A stretch of 63,432 nt of DNA, counting the filler, from Chiloscyllium plagiosum (Eukaryota): assembly GCF_004010195.1 (NCBI RefSeq). It is 4 parts of one record of this genome, joined end to end, with 100 filler letters (N's around TTAATTAATTAA, not from the genome) between each part and the next. Parts side by side here need not be neighbours in the genome. Positions count along the whole stretch, not along the records: positions 20,253 to 45,337 come from NC_057717.1; positions 45,438 to 58,696 come from NC_057717.1; 2 more parts are not named here. One strand, 5' to 3'. Below, in pieces: positions 38,190 to 51,789 of the stretch. The notes under the pieces are model-generated. The model was not told where the DNA came from and did no database searches. It worked only from the letters and a program-made list of their open reading frames with translations. How positions within the stretch are numbered: position 1 is the first letter of the stretch; each line of letters opens with the position of its first letter. A program made the translations under genes and the position numbers.

Positions 38190-41100
38190 AATGTCATGGA
38201 GTCAACGAGTCATCCAGCACGGAGACAGACCCTTCGGACCAACCAGGCCACACCGACCATGTTCCAAAACTAAACTATTCCCACCTGCCTGCTCTGGGCC
38301 CATATCCCTACAAACCTTTCCTATTCATGAACTTGTTCAAATGTATTTTAACCATTGTAACTGTACCTACATCCACCATTTCCTCTGATAGTTCATTCCA
38401 CATCCAAAATTCTATAAAACATTGCCCCTCATGTCCTTTTTCAATCTTTCTCCTCTCACCTTAAAAATATACCCCCCAGGTTTGAACTCACTTATCGTTC
38501 ATCTTATCTGTGCCCCACATGATAGTTTAAACATCAATAAGGTTACACCTCACACTCCAATGCAACAGCCCATGTCTATATCTCAAACCCTCCATTCCTG
38601 ACAATATCTCGGTAAATCTTTACTGAACCCTCTCCAGTTTAATAATATCCTTCCTATAACAGGGCGATGAGAATTGCACACATTAATCCATAAGAGCCCT
38701 CATCGCTGTCCTGTACAAGTTCAATATAATGTCAGAACTCTGATACCCAAAGGTCTGGGCAATGAAGGTGTGTGTGCTAAACACCTTCTTAACCACCCTG
38801 TCTAACTGGGATGCAAAGTTCAAAGAAGTTTGTCCCTGAACACTGAGCTGTCTCTCTGCTCTCCCACACTACCCAGGGCACTACCATAAAGTCCTTGTTT
38901 GTATTACCACAATGCAATACCTCACGTTTATCCAAATTAAACTCCATCTGCTACTCCTCAGCCCAATTCAGCCCAAGATCTGTTTGTAATTTTGGGTCAC
39001 ATTCTTCATTGTCTATTTACCATTTTGGTGTCATCCACAAACTTACTAACCATGTCTCCTATATTCTCATTCAAATCCTTTGTATAAATGACAAACAGAA
39101 GTGGAGCCAGTACCGCTCCCTGTGGGACACCGCTGGTCACAGGCCTCCAGTCTGAAAAACAATGATCCACCATCTTCTGACATAAAGCCAATCATCTATT
39201 CAGTTGGCAAGCCCACCCTGAATCCTATGTGATCTAACTTTACCAATTAGTCGATCATGCAGAGCCTCATCAAAGGCTTTACTAAAGACCAACCAAACAC
39301 CATCTAACTCTCTGTCCTCATCAATCATTTTGGTTACTTCCAAAAACAAACCCAATCAATGGTGAGATATGATTTTGCTCACACTTAATCAGACTGACCA
39401 TCTCGAATCAATCCTTTCCTCTCCAACCTCTGTAAATCCTATCTTTCAGGATCATCTCTAAAAACCTACCCACCACCGAGGACAGGCTCACAGGTCGATA
39501 GCTCCCAGGCTTCTCCTCACATCCCTTCTTAAACAATGACACATTAGCCACACCCCAGTCCACCAGTTCTTTCCCCATGGTTTACAGATGATACAAATAT
39601 TCTGCTCGGGATCGTATAATTTTCTCTCTAACTTCCCACAATGTCCTGGGACACACTTGATCAGGTTTATCTATCTTTATGTTTTTTTTAAGATCTCCAG
39701 CACTTCCTCTTCTGTACTGTGAACTCTTTCCAAAACATCAATATTTATATCCCTGATTTCTCCTTCCTCCATTTCTTTCGCAACAATACAAATGGATGCA
39801 AAATATATTTTATATCCCTCCCATCTCTTGAGGTTCAACACAAAGACAACCTCATTGGTCTTTAAGGGGTCCTACACTCTCTCCAGTTGCTCCCTCACTC
39901 AATGTATTTATGGAACCTCTTTGGATAATTTTTACCCTAACTGCCAAGGGTATCTCCTGTCCCCTCTTTGCCTTCCTCATTTCCTTCTGAAGAATGCCCC
40001 TACACTCTTTACACTCTTCAAGACATTCAGTTTATCCCAATTGTCTCTCTAATAGATGGTTATTTTTTATTCTTGAGTTGAACTTCAACATCTTTATTCA
40101 TCCATTGTTCTGTAATCTTACCAGCCTTGCCTTTCACTCTAACAGGAATAGAATGCTTCTGAACTCTTGTTATCACATTTTGGAAGGCCTCCCACTTGTC
40201 AGTCATCCTTTTACCTGCGATCATTCTGCTCCAATCAGCATTTGAAAGTTTTTGTTTCAACCCTTTCATACCCATTTGCCTCACTCCAATTAAGAACTTT
40301 AACTTTTATCCTTTTACACAACTATTTTAAAGTTACTGGCATTACGATCACTGATCCAAAGGTGTTCCCTGACTCACACTTCAGTCACTTGCCCCGCCTT
40401 ATTTCCCAAGAGAAGATATTATCTCTAATAGTAATGATATCCCAGACCCATGTTCCCTTCCATGCTCCGAGTTCATAAGCTTTTTCCATAAGACCTCGTG
40501 TATTGAAATAAATGCAGTTTAAGTGTTCAGTGTCCCTTTGTTCTCTGACTTGTTCTTGACTGTCTTTTCTAAAGAACGTGCTGTTTTCTGATTCAGAATC
40601 ATTGTCATCTTTCTTTCTATTTTCACTGTTGTTTAGAAAGCCCCCGCCCCACCTCTCTCACATCTTACAATCTCCTGAAATAGAGCGAGCAAATCTCCCC
40701 ACCAGGATATTGGTCTAGTTCAGGTGAAACCCATCCTTTTAAACAGGTCTTTTCTGTCCCAGAAGAGATCCCAATGCTCCAGGAAAGTGACTCCCTGCGC
40801 AGTGCAGCACCTCGTCAACCATTGATTTATCTGTCCTGTCCTTTTATTCCTTCCCTCATTAGAACTTGGCACCAGAAGTAAACCAGAGATTACTTTTTTA
40901 TATTCGTTTTTTTAACCTTCTACCTAAACAGTTATACGCACTGATGAGATTAGATTCCCTCCAGAGTGGAAACAGGCCCTTCGGCCCAACAAGTCCATAC
41001 AGACCCTCCAAAGGGTAACCCACCAGACCCATTTCCCTCTGACTAATGCACCTAACACTGTGGGCAATTTAGTATGGCCAATTCACCTGACCTGCGCATC

Positions 41101-41640
41101 TTTGGACTGTGGGAGGAAACTGGAGCACCCACAGGAAAAACACGCAGACACATGGAGAATGTGCAGTCTCCACACAGACAGTCACCCGAGGCTGGAATCA
41201 AACCTGGTACCCTGGTGCTGTGATGCAGCAGTGTTAACCACTGAGCCACCGTGCTGTCCCCATGCCACTCTGTAACCCCTTAACCCGATCTCTAACTATG
41301 TCATTCCTATCAATGTGAACAACAACTTCCGGTTTCTCACTCATCCACTTGACAATCTGCTTCAAACATTTTGAGACATTTTTCACCCTGGCAGTGAGAA
41401 AGCAATGTACTATCGTCGATTCACACTCACTCCCAAAGAATCTCCTAACTGTGTCCCTCTCAGGAGAGTTCCCTAAAACATTTATTCCTTTATATCTTGA
41501 CAAACAAGTTGAATATGGTGCCCAAGATCTGATGACCATTTCTATTATTCTCATTCAACAATATTCAAAATGGAATATCTGTCTGAGAGAGTAATAGCCA
41601 CAGGAGACTTCGAAACCACTTTCAAACCCTTCCTGATAGA
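38190..41640 (-). mobile_element. Old long CR1 LINE (ORF1 to 3' end) with nested SINE
   Basis: VTSGVPQGAVLAPLLFVIYTKDL..SKFVDDTK, KWEAFQNVITRVQ, ORF1 KPEVVVHIDRNDI. Confidence 0.88.
40948..41260 (-). mobile_element. HE1-type V-SINE
   Basis: Reverse complement of the complete SINE. Confidence 0.9.
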
Positions 41641-42139
41641 CAGTTATCGATCTGAATGATCTTGCTGTGTCATCACTTCGCTAAGTCTATTTGTCATCAC
41701 ACTCAATATTTCTTACAGGCCATCAGTAACATTAATCCAACAAAGAAGAAGCTCTCAATAGCACATTAAATGTTAAGTTAAACTATCTTTCCTTACCCAC
41801 AGATTTAATATGAAGCGTGAAAAGAAAAATTAACAATATAAATATTAAAAAGAAATCAAACACTTAACTGAAAAAAATGAAAAAAAAAAAACAAGCTCCT
41901 CCGCAAATAATCCAACATTCAGCCTTCACTGTCCGGATACAAAAACCTCTCCCGAGCCGTCCCTTTACAGGCCTCTCCACAAGCACCGTGTATAAACAAT
42001 CTGTCCTTCATGTACTTTTTTAACTTGATTGTTTGTTTTTTTCAAAACTCACCCACCACTGACAACAGGTTCACCAGTCTATAGTTCCCTGGCTTTTCCT
42101 TTGCACCTTCTTAAATAATGGCACCATATTCGGAAGGGA

Positions 42140-42975
42140 TCTTTCCCCTTCCTCCCTCCTGGGCCTCTCTATCTCCATTTCCGGCAACAGACTCAACACG
42201 GACATCTACCCACAGACTCCCATAGCTACCTGAATTACACCTCCTCCCACCCCCACTCCTTGCTTCCCAAATCCTCCCCCTCTGCCACATTTGCTCCCAG
42301 GTGGACCAATTCCACCATTGAACATCCCAGATGGCCTCCTTCTTCAAAGACCACAGTTTCCCCTCCCACGTGGCTGACAATACNNNNNNNNNNNNNNNNN
42401 NNNNNNNNNNNNNNNNNNNNNNNNNNNNNNNNNNNNNNNNNNNNNNNNNNNNNNNNNNNNNNNNNNNNNNNNNNNNNNNNNNNNNNNNNNNNNNNNNNNN
42501 NNNNNNNNNNNNNNNNNNNNNNNNNNNNNNNNNNNNNNNNNNNNNNNNNNNNNNNNNNNNNNNNNNNNNNNNNNNNNNNNNNNNNNNNNNNNNNNNNNNN
42601 NNNNNNNNNNNNNNNNNNNNNNNNNNNNNNNNNNNNNNNNNNNNNNNNNNNNNNNNNNNNNNNNNNNNNNNNNNNNNNNNCGGTTTCCTCTATATTAGGG
42701 AGACAGGGCGCCCAGTTGTGTAATATTGCAGAGAATATATCTCGGATACATGCACTAAACTGCACCCCCCCCCCCCCCACTCTGTGACTGAACACTTTAA
42801 CTCCCACTCTGCCAAGGATATGCAAGTCCTGGGCCTCCTCCATTGTGAAACTCAAGCCGCCTGATACCTGGAGGAAGAACACCTCATCTACCACTTGGGA
42901 CCCTCCAACCACATCGGATCAATTTAGATTTCACCAGTTTCTTCATTTCGCCTCCTCCACCTAATCCCAGATCAT
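42140..42975 (+). mobile_element. Penelope-like retroelement relic (RT C-terminus + GIY-YIG endonuclease), gapped
   Basis: LSISISGNRLNTDIY / TDSHSYLNYTSSHP / MASFFKDHSFPSHV before the gap; GFLYIRETGR (YIG box) and VTEHFNSHSAKDMQVLGLLHC...LEEEHLIY after it. Confidence 0.85.
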
Positions 42976-42999
42976 CTCCAACAACAGAGAATCAAACCA

Positions 43000-43490
43000 T
43001 CATCCTTTCATATTCAATGGGGTTACCGTTGCTGAATCCTCTCCTGTCAACATCTTGGAGTTACCATTGATCAGAAACTGAATTGTACTAGCGATATAAA
43101 TACAGTGACAACAGAGCAGGTCAGAGGCTCGGAATACTGCAGTGAATGACTCACCTCCTGATCTCCCACAGACCGTCCACCATCTACAATACACCAATCA
43201 GGATTCTGATGGAATACTCCCCATAGGCCTGGATGGGGGCAGCTCCAACAGTATTTCAGAAGCTTGGCACCAGTCGGGATAAAAGAGCACACTTGATTGC
43301 CACGATATCCAAAAACATCCATGTTATTTTCACCACTGACCCGCAGGAGCAGCAATGTGCACCAGCGACAAGGTGCCCTGCAGAAATTCACAGAAGCTCC
43401 TTAGACAGCAATTTCCAAACCCACAGCACATTCTCAACGACCACTAGGGATGAGCAATAATTGCCGGCCCAACCAGCGATGCCCAGGAAT
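43000..43490 (+). mobile_element. LINE RT C-terminal relic (second CR1/L2-group family)
   Basis: VNILGVTIDQKLN and STIYNTPIRILMEYSP*AW by hand translation. Confidence 0.7.
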
Positions 43491-43512
43491 GGATTAGAAT
43501 TCATTTAAAATG

Positions 43513-43728
43513 TTACCCAATCACAACCAATGGTGGGCACTGGGTTTTAGTTTTGTGAGTGTAAGCTGGTTGGGTCCAGGCAGTAACCTGTTTGTTGTGA
43601 AGACCTGAAGAGAAATGCTGTTTGGAACAATCTGTCAGTCTTTCAGAGGCATGGCCTACATGCATAGCATCACACAGACACTGACATTCATATACCAGAT
43701 TACTCACACGGGAGACAGATGGAAGCAA
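43513..43728 (-). mobile_element. GIY-YIG endonuclease relic of a second Penelope-like family
   Basis: SNLVYECQCLCDAMHVGHASERLTDCSKQH fits the VY-x-C-x-C...YVG-T-x-RL-x-R-x-x-QH pattern. Confidence 0.7.
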
Positions 43729-43957
43729 TTTAAAACGTATTTGTATCTGGACTGAAGAATATTTGAAAACACAGTTAAAATATTGTCATGAAAATAATTT
43801 GGTAAGGAAGTTAGTGTCTGAAAGAGATATTTTCAAAGTGCTTGAACTTTATAATAATTTGATCTGGGTGTGATAACCAGGCACGTTTGTGAAAATTAAA
43901 CCAAACAGATTGGTGGACCTGTGTGTATTGGACAATTAAAGTGGACACGGTTAGTAT

Positions 43958-44070
43958 TGAAGAACAATCACTGGACACGAAAGTTTAACTCTGATCTCTC
44001 TTCACAGGTGCTGCTGAGCTTTTCCAACAAGTATTGCTTTTGTTTCTGATTTAAAGCATCTGCAGGTTTT
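43958..44070 (+). mobile_element. Degenerate Penelope-terminus fragment
   Basis: TGAAGAACAATCACTGGACACGAAAGTTTAACTCTGATCTCTCTTCACAGGTGCTGCTGAGCTTTTCCA; same family as 26235-26325. Confidence 0.6.
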
Positions 44071-44474
44071 TTTGGATATGATCAAAAGATTTATGACCTT
44101 CAATAATTAGACTTTGCTGCTGAAGGTCAGGACAATCTTGAAATCATTGACATCTGACTTGAGTCACACACAAAGATGTTGGCTGGGTTTAGGCCGGATA
44201 TCAATGTCAATGCACCATTCTGTTTGGACACTGAAGTTGTGGAGCTGGCATACACTGGATATGGTTGATGAGGGATTCAATGTAACCGCCATGTGCTGCA
44301 GTATTCCATCACCTTTGTAACACCTTCATAGAACATAGAACATAGAACAGTACAGCACAGAACAGGCTCTTCAGCCCACGATGTTGTGCAGACCATTGAT
44401 CCTCATGTAAGGTAAACATAATGTACGAACCCTCAAATTAAGGATCTGGTCCAGGGGCAGAATTACAGAGCTTT

Positions 44475-45030
44475 TCTTGGTCAGTGCATTGAGTGTAGGA
44501 GTGTGGCTGTACATGACATTGGTTAGGCTACGTTTGAAATATTACATTCAGTTCTGGTCTCCCTGCTATAGGAAAGATGTTGTAAAAGTTGAAATGTTGC
44601 AGAAAGGATTAATAAGGATGTTACTGAGGCTCAAGGGTTTGAGGTATCGGAGACTGAGGGGTGACCTCATAGAGATTTGTAAAATCATCAAGGGCATGGA
44701 TAGGGTGATAGCCAAGGTCTTTTCTCCAGGGAAGAGGAATTCAAAACGAAAGCGCACACGTTTCAGTTGAGATGGGAAAATTTAAAAGGTCGTAAGTGGC
44801 AACTTTTCTTGTACAGAAGTTGGTGCGTGCATGGAATGAGCTGCCAGAGGAAGTGGTGGAGGCTGGTACAATGACAGCATTTGCAAAGGTATCTGGATGG
44901 GTATAGGAATAGGAAATGTTTAGAGGGATATGGGCCAAATGCTGGCAAATACGACTAAATCTGTTCACGATGTATGGGTTGAATGAAAGGGTCAATTTCT
45001 GTGCTGTACAAGTCTATGACAATTTAACCC
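44475..45030 (+). mobile_element. CR1 3' fragment (an antisense CR1 tail at 44330-44440 precedes it)
   Basis: LYMTLVRLRLKYYIQFWSPCYRKDVV...RRLRGDLIEICKIIKG. Confidence 0.88.
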
Positions 45031-46869
45031 TATGTCATCAGCACAGAGAAAACCGGGAGACATGGTTTTGACAGATCATTGACCTAAATGTTGAACAGTG
45101 TTTACATCAGTCCTGGGCCAATGCTTAGTTCACCTGCTCCATGCACTTCCCAACTTTAATAGAGACACAGTGTCATGGAGATGTACAGCATGGAACCAGA
45201 CCCTTCGGATCAACCCATCCATACTGACCAGATATCCGCAATTAATCGAGTCCCATTCGCCAGCATTTAGCCCACATCCCTCTCAACCCTTCCTATTAAT
45301 ATACCCATCCAGATACCTTTTCAATGTTAGAATTGTGNNNNNNNNNNNNNNNNNNNNNNNNNNNNNNNNNNNNNNNNNNNNTTAATTAATTAANNNNNNN
45401 NNNNNNNNNNNNNNNNNNNNNNNNNNNNNNNNNNNNNCAGCATCGTATTTACCCTTTCCCCAATTGTAAAACCTACCCTGTTGCATGCACCTATCTCTCT
45501 CCATAACCAAGGTGAAAGTCACAGAATTGTGGTCACCATCACCAAAATGTTCACCCACTAACAAGCCCATCACTTGTCCCGGTTCATTACCGAGTACCAA
45601 ATCCAATATGGCCTCCCCTCTTGTCGGAAAATCTACATACTGAGTTAGAATCATATAGGACTTGTGGATCGAAAGACATGAAGTCAATTTATATCAGTAA
45701 CAAGGCTTTAATTGAACATGCAGCTGAATTGAGCATTGCTAACCTTGACAAACCAGATGTACTTCATAACAAAATCTTCAGAAATAAACCACTAATACAA
45801 TTATTAGTTGCACTGTCGATGACTGTGTTCTATTACCTAGTGCACTATAGATGAACGGTAGTGATCCAAGCATCTACAAAGGGAAGAATAGATAGTGTGG
45901 CGAACTGCAGACCAATTAACTTGACATTTGTGGGGAAACTGATGGAGTCTATTATATAGGACGTGATATTCGTTATTTAGAAATTAACAGCAACATTGGA
46001 GAGAATCAGTATGTATTTCTGAAAGGGAAATCATACTTGACAAGCTTTGGAATTGTTTGAAGTTGATTCTTACAGCATAGATAATGGGGAACCAGTACAA
46101 TTGGCATATTTTAGATTATCAGAAGGCTTTCTATAAGACCTCACACAATGAGTTCGTAAATGCAATGAATGTGAAGAGTATTTGGAGGAATATATGCAAG
46201 TGGTAAGTTAAAGTTTGGATTGCCTTCCTTTAAGGGAGTCAGAATATAGATGTAAAGACATGTTGAAGCAGTTTAACAGCGTATTGGTGAGTACTGTACC
46301 TGGAATGTTGAGTACAGTTTTGGTCACCAAATTTGAGAAAGAATATACTGACCACAGAGGAATTCAATGGACATTCTCCAGATTAATCCCTCAATTGGCA
46401 AGATTGCGTGATGAGGAAACTCCGCCTGTGTTCTCTAGACTTTCAAAGAATGAGAGGTGGGTCACTGTGAAATGTATAAAATTCACAAAACATGTGACAA
46501 GTTGGAAATTAACAGGATGTTTCTCCAGCTGCCTAATACACAATCAAGGGAAATAATGGCAGGATAAAGGACAAACCATTTAAGGCTGCAATAAGGAGGA
46601 GACTGCACGCATAGGGGACTAACTAACACAGGGGCATGGATACCGGCTGGCAGGGCAAGATTAGGGAGAATTCCCAGATAATATACAAGTGTGTCCAGCG
46701 GAACAGAATAACCAGGGAACAGGTAGGACTCATTAGTGACTTGCCAAATTGCATCCAAATGTAGTTTAGTGGTAGGAGACACAAGGTGGTGGTTGACTCC
46801 TTGTGTGACTGGAGGCCAGTGTCCAATGGTATACTACAGGGATCAGTGTTGTGTCCCTTATTATTTGTG

Positions 46870-47086
46870 ATCCGGAGGTGCTGGTGTGGCTCTGGGTGGA
46901 CAATGCTAAAAATCGCACAACAACAGATTATAGTCCAACAGGTTTATTCGGTGGCACTACCTTTCGAAGTGCTGCTTCTTCATCAAAGCGCACAAGCACC
47001 TGATGAAGAAGTAGCGCTTCGAAAGTTAGTGCCTCTGAACAAACCTGTTGGACTCTAACCTGATGTTGTGTGATTTTCAACTTTAA
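46870..47086. mobile_element. Head-to-head Penelope-terminus hairpin insert (third family) with probable 8-bp TSD
   Basis: ~78-bp imperfect arms (AAAATCGCACAACAACAG...CTTCATCA / TGATGAAG...TGATGTTGTGTGATTTT) with a 15-nt spacer; TATTTGTG at 46862-46869 and 47087-47094; interrupts the CR1 LLFVI motif. Confidence 0.85.
46996..47032 (+). ncRNA. Putative minimal type I hammerhead ribozyme
   Basis: GCAC-CTGATGA-A-GAAG-TAGCG-CTTC-GAA-AGTT-A-GTGC: stem I GCAC/GTGC, stem II GAAG/CTTC, full core, UUA triplet. Confidence 0.75.
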
Positions 47087-48944
47087 TATTTGTGGTACTC
47101 ATAAATGATGTCGCTGTGAATATGGACGAGGTGTGGGGAGTGTGTTAAGTAAGTTTGTGTTTGATACGCAGATTGGCCGTTGGCTGGCAGTGAGGAGGAA
47201 GGCCTTAAATTACGGGAACATACAGATGGAATGGTCAGCTGGGAAGATCAATGGAAGATGGAATGTAACCCTGATAAATATGAGGTGATGCCCTTTGGAA
47301 GAAGGAACCAGACAGGGGAGGACTCAATGAATGGCAGCACACGAGGAAGGTTAGATGGTGCTTCTCCACACATCCCTGAATGTGATGGACAGGTTAATAC
47401 ACAATTTGGGAAAGCGTAGGGGACTGTAAACATAACCTTGATTCATTGAGGCACAGATTATAAGAGCTATGCGGAACTTTAGTGATGCCAAGATGGAATA
47501 CTGTGTGTAGTTCTGGGAATCACATTACAGGAAGGATGTGACTGCACTGGAGGGGGTGCAAAGGAGATTTACCAGGATATTCCCTGGGATGGAGCATATC
47601 AGCTATGGAGAGAGGCTAGATAAGCTTGGGTTGTTTAGTTTGGAGGGAGGAGGCTGAGGGGGACGTGATTCTGAAGGATAGGCTTACGAGGAGCATGGAC
47701 AGTGTGGATGGACAGCAGCTGTTCCTTTTAGTCAAAGGGCCACACTTTTAAAGTGAAGGGTTTGGGGTTTAGTGAGGATTTGAGGATTGCTTTTCACCCA
47801 GAGTGTGTTGAGGACTGAAATGCTTTTCTTGAGAAGCGAGTTGTCATGGTAACCTCAAAACCATGAGAAAATACACGGCAGTGCACTTGAAATGCCTTAA
47901 GAATCACGGCTACGGTTATTGTGTCGGAAAATGGGTCTAATGTAGACCGTGCTGTATTTCTGATAGTACAGAGTCTTTGCTTCTGTGATTGTATGGCTGT
48001 GGAAGGCCAATTACTGAGTACCTTAAAATAGGAATTGATAGGTTTCTGAAGAATATATTAACAAAGTTTATAAGACAGAACTTGTAATATTTTCTGAAAA
48101 TATGTTAATGGCAAAATTAAGGGAAATAAATGTGCAGCTTTCCTATAGTTTGATACCAGATAATTGAGGACCGGGAAATAGCAGAACTATGGAGCAAATA
48201 CTTCAGTTATGCCTTCACAGAAGAAAGCAAAACAAAAAAGAAAACTTCCTAGTAATACGAGGGAACTTTAGTCTGGTGAGAAAAAGCGAATAGAATTAAA
48301 TTATCAACTAAACAATTTAGAGAAAGCATCGGACTGAAATTAATGGGCATAGACAGAATCAACAGAGATTTATGAAATGGGAATCATATTTGAGAAAGTG
48401 GCTTTTTGCAAAATTATGTAGAAGCTATTAATGCAATACGAGTGGAATTTCAGAAAGATTTTTGATAAAGCTCCGAGCCTATTGTGCAAATTCGAATCCT
48501 GTGGAACTGGGGCTAATACATGGACATAGTTTTCAAAGGACAGAGCTGGCAGGCAACTGTGAGTAGGAATAAAACAACGTTTCTTTTTAAATGGAAGACG
48601 AGGAGGATATAGCAAGGATCGTGGTTTGGGCCCCAGCTATTCCCAATACATGTCATATATTTGGTTGAGGGGCTCAAATGCAATATTTCCAAGTTTGCTG
48701 ACAGCACTAAACAATGTCAGATTGTGAGTGAGGAGGATGTAAAGAAGCTCCAAGGTGACTGAGACAAGTGAAATGACTGGGCAAATACGTGGCCTATGGA
48801 GAGCAATGGGAGAGGTGAGATGTTGTGTACTTTGATGGGAACAATAAAATGGCAGCCTATCATTTGAAACGGGAGTGGTTGAAAATGTTACTCTATAAAG
48901 GTACTTAAGCTGCATTTTGTTTATTTTTGTGCAGTCCCCGAGTC

Positions 48945-49690
48945 AATAGAGAATAGACAATGGACAATAGGTGCAGGAGTCGGCCATTCAGCCCTTCGAG
49001 CCTGCACCGCCATTCAATATAATCATGGCTGATCATTCCTAATCAGTATCCTGTTCCTGCTTATCTCCATAACCCTTGATTCCACTATCTTTGAGAGCTC
49101 TATCCAACTCCTTCTTAAATGAATCCAGAGAGTGGGCCTCTACTGCCCTCTGGGGCAGAGCATTCCACACAGCCACCACTCTCTGGGTGAAGAAGTTTCT
49201 CCTGAGCTCTGTCCGAAATGGTCTACCCCGTATTTTTAAGCTGTGTCCTCTGGTTCGGCACTCACCCATCAGTGGAAATATGTTTCCTACTGCCAGAGTG
49301 TCCAATCCTTTCATAATCTTATATGTCTCAATCAGATCCCCTCTCAATCTTCGAAACTCAAGGGTATACAAGCCCAGTCGCTTCAGTCTTTCAGTGTAAG
49401 GTAATCCTGCCATTCCAGGAATTGACCTCGTGAACCTACGCTGCACTCCCTCAATAGCCCGAATGTCTTTTCTCAAATTTGGAGACCAGAACTGCACACA
49501 GTACTCCAGGTGTGGTCTCACCAGGGCCCTGTACAGCTGCAGAAGCACTTCTTTGCTTCTATGCTGAATTCCTCTTGTTATGAAGGCCAGCATGCTATTA
49601 GCCTTCTTCACTACCTGCTGTACCTGCATGCTTGCCTTCATTGACTGGTGTACAAGAACACCCAGATCTCTCTGTACTGCCCCTTTACAT
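48945..49690 (-). mobile_element. Young 5'-truncated CR1 with open ORF2 C-terminus
   Basis: Uninterrupted QRDLGVLV...LYRALVRPHLEYCVQFWSP...FFTQRVVAVWNALP...GIKGYG, plus 3'UTR; inserted antisense among older CR1 pieces (48160-48900, 49690-50420). Confidence 0.95.
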
Positions 49691-51789
49691 ACATAAATTG
49701 TGAGGCAGTGAGTTTTGAATCCAGGAGTCAATACTGGGAATGGCATTGGCACGCTGACCAGTGTATATAGACCCAACAAGTAGGGAGCTGTAACATTGAA
49801 AGGAATCTTGATCTCCCTGTACACCAGTCACTGAAATAATATTGCAGGAGTAGTAAGTAGGTACGAAGATAAATGCTGTATGCACCTTCATTTCAGGGGA
49901 ATTTGAGTACAGGAGTAAGAGTACCTTACTGCAGCTGTACACGGCCTTGGTGAGACACCATCTCGAACATTGTGCAACATTGTGTGCAGTTTTGGTCTCT
50001 GTTCCTAATAGAGGGCAAACCTGACATTGAGGGAGAGCAGCAAAGGATGACCAGACTAATCTCTGGGATGACAGACTTGTTATGGGATCTGAGTTTGGGG
50101 GGACTGGACTTGTTTTCCATGCGGTTTAGGAAAATGAGTGGAGATCTCAGTGAAATATATAACACTCTGATTGGGCGAGGCAGATTGGAAGCAGGGTTGG
50201 CAATTCTCCAGGCTCGGATGTCTAAAGCAAGTAGTCATAGTATCAGGTACAGACAGGCCGCTTTGCATTGAGGTGAGAATAAATGTCTGCACTCTGAGAC
50301 TGGCGAACCAGGGGTGCTCTCTCCCAGATCAGGCTGTGGAAGTCATGGCGCTGAATATAAATAAGGATTTCTGTAAATTAAAGGGATCAGGAGAGAGCAG
50401 GAGTACGGTGTGAAGATAGAAGATCACCTATCAATCCAGGTTGTTCTCCAATAACGCGGTACCTGTGTTTCTGTGCAACACTGTGTTGTCGAAAATCGTA
50501 CAATATTAATAATGGGATCTATGGAAAAAAAGAGGGTAAGGGGCGAACCCCCAAAAATATCAGTAAAATACAAAAATGAATTTGGTCTAACACACACACT
50601 AGGACAGTCTAAATAAATCGTTAAATCACATGTTGTGATGGAACAGTGCTGTAAATGTAACACTTGCACACTACAGTCACTCACTGGAGCACTGTACCTT
50701 TCACTAGAAAGCACGTGGGGACTGACTGACCATGTGATGCCGATGGGGAATTCCAGGTCTCCTCAAGATTCTCTCTACACTTTGAAATAAAGTTCTTTCT
50801 AAATGTTGTCTATGATTTCCAGTTTCATGCTCAGTTTCAAGGCTTCCTGAGCGCATTGCATTCCTGTTTTAGCTGAACACATTATTTGTACATTTTGCAG
50901 AGAGAGGATCCTGAGGCAGGGTTTTGCTGTTCAGCTGGTTCCCGGGAAGGAATCACGTCACAGTGAAAGGGTATTCACTTTATAGAAAAAGATTCACAAA
51001 TCACATTGCGGCCAAATTGTATTTAATCATAACCTGTTATCGGAGAACTGCCTATATTTTGAGTGGAGGAGCAAAACTGATGGGCTGAAGGCACTACAGC
51101 AGTTCTCATTTTATATTTCACAATGTTTAAACATATTAAGGGATATGATTATGGTATGGGGAAAACTGCACTGCGGATATGTTTGGCCATTAACTAGCAC
51201 AGGGAAAGCTCAATGTGTTGTATGACCTACTCCTGTCACAATGTTTCTGTGCAGTGTGTGGGAAAGCTCTGCAAATATTGTCACAATCTCTCAGCTGCTA
51301 GGAAGGAGGTCTCTGCAGGGTCGACAGGATTGTGTTTCCCATTCCCTTTTCTAATAACGAGGCTGGGTCCTGGTGTTCGGTACGGGTTTATCCTTTAAGA
51401 CCTTAATACAGTTTGATATAATTGAGTATCTTGCTTGCCCGATTCAGAGAGCATTGAAGTGTTTATCACATGTCTGGGTGTCTGAAGTCACTTTTAGGCC
51501 AGACCAGGAAAGCACGGGAGATTCACTTCCTGAAAGTACATTGGGGACGGAAATAGATGTTTATAATTGTTATTGAACACAAGATCACAATTACTGACAC
51601 CAGATTTTAGACCTTGATATATTATTAATTGTTTTTAATTTGCACCAGCTGATAGAGCATTAGCCTGGTCTAGATTAGTAATCCAGTGACACTTCCACAC
51701 CAGCACCATCTCCACATGGGGACCAATCGGAAACCACACTGAGCAGTGAGTTTTTCTGTGCTTCTTGACAGCTCTGTCAAATACAACTG

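Larger units (their letters stand above)
45860..47950 (+). mobile_element. Patchwork of old CR1 fragments
   Basis: DWRPVSNGILQGSVLCPLLFV and WKMECNPDKYEVM fragments; heavily mutated. Confidence 0.75.

Noticed and set aside
49039..49824. 261-aa ORF as a host gene
   Set aside because: It is the ORF2 C-terminus of a truncated CR1, with a chance N-terminus from flanking DNA.
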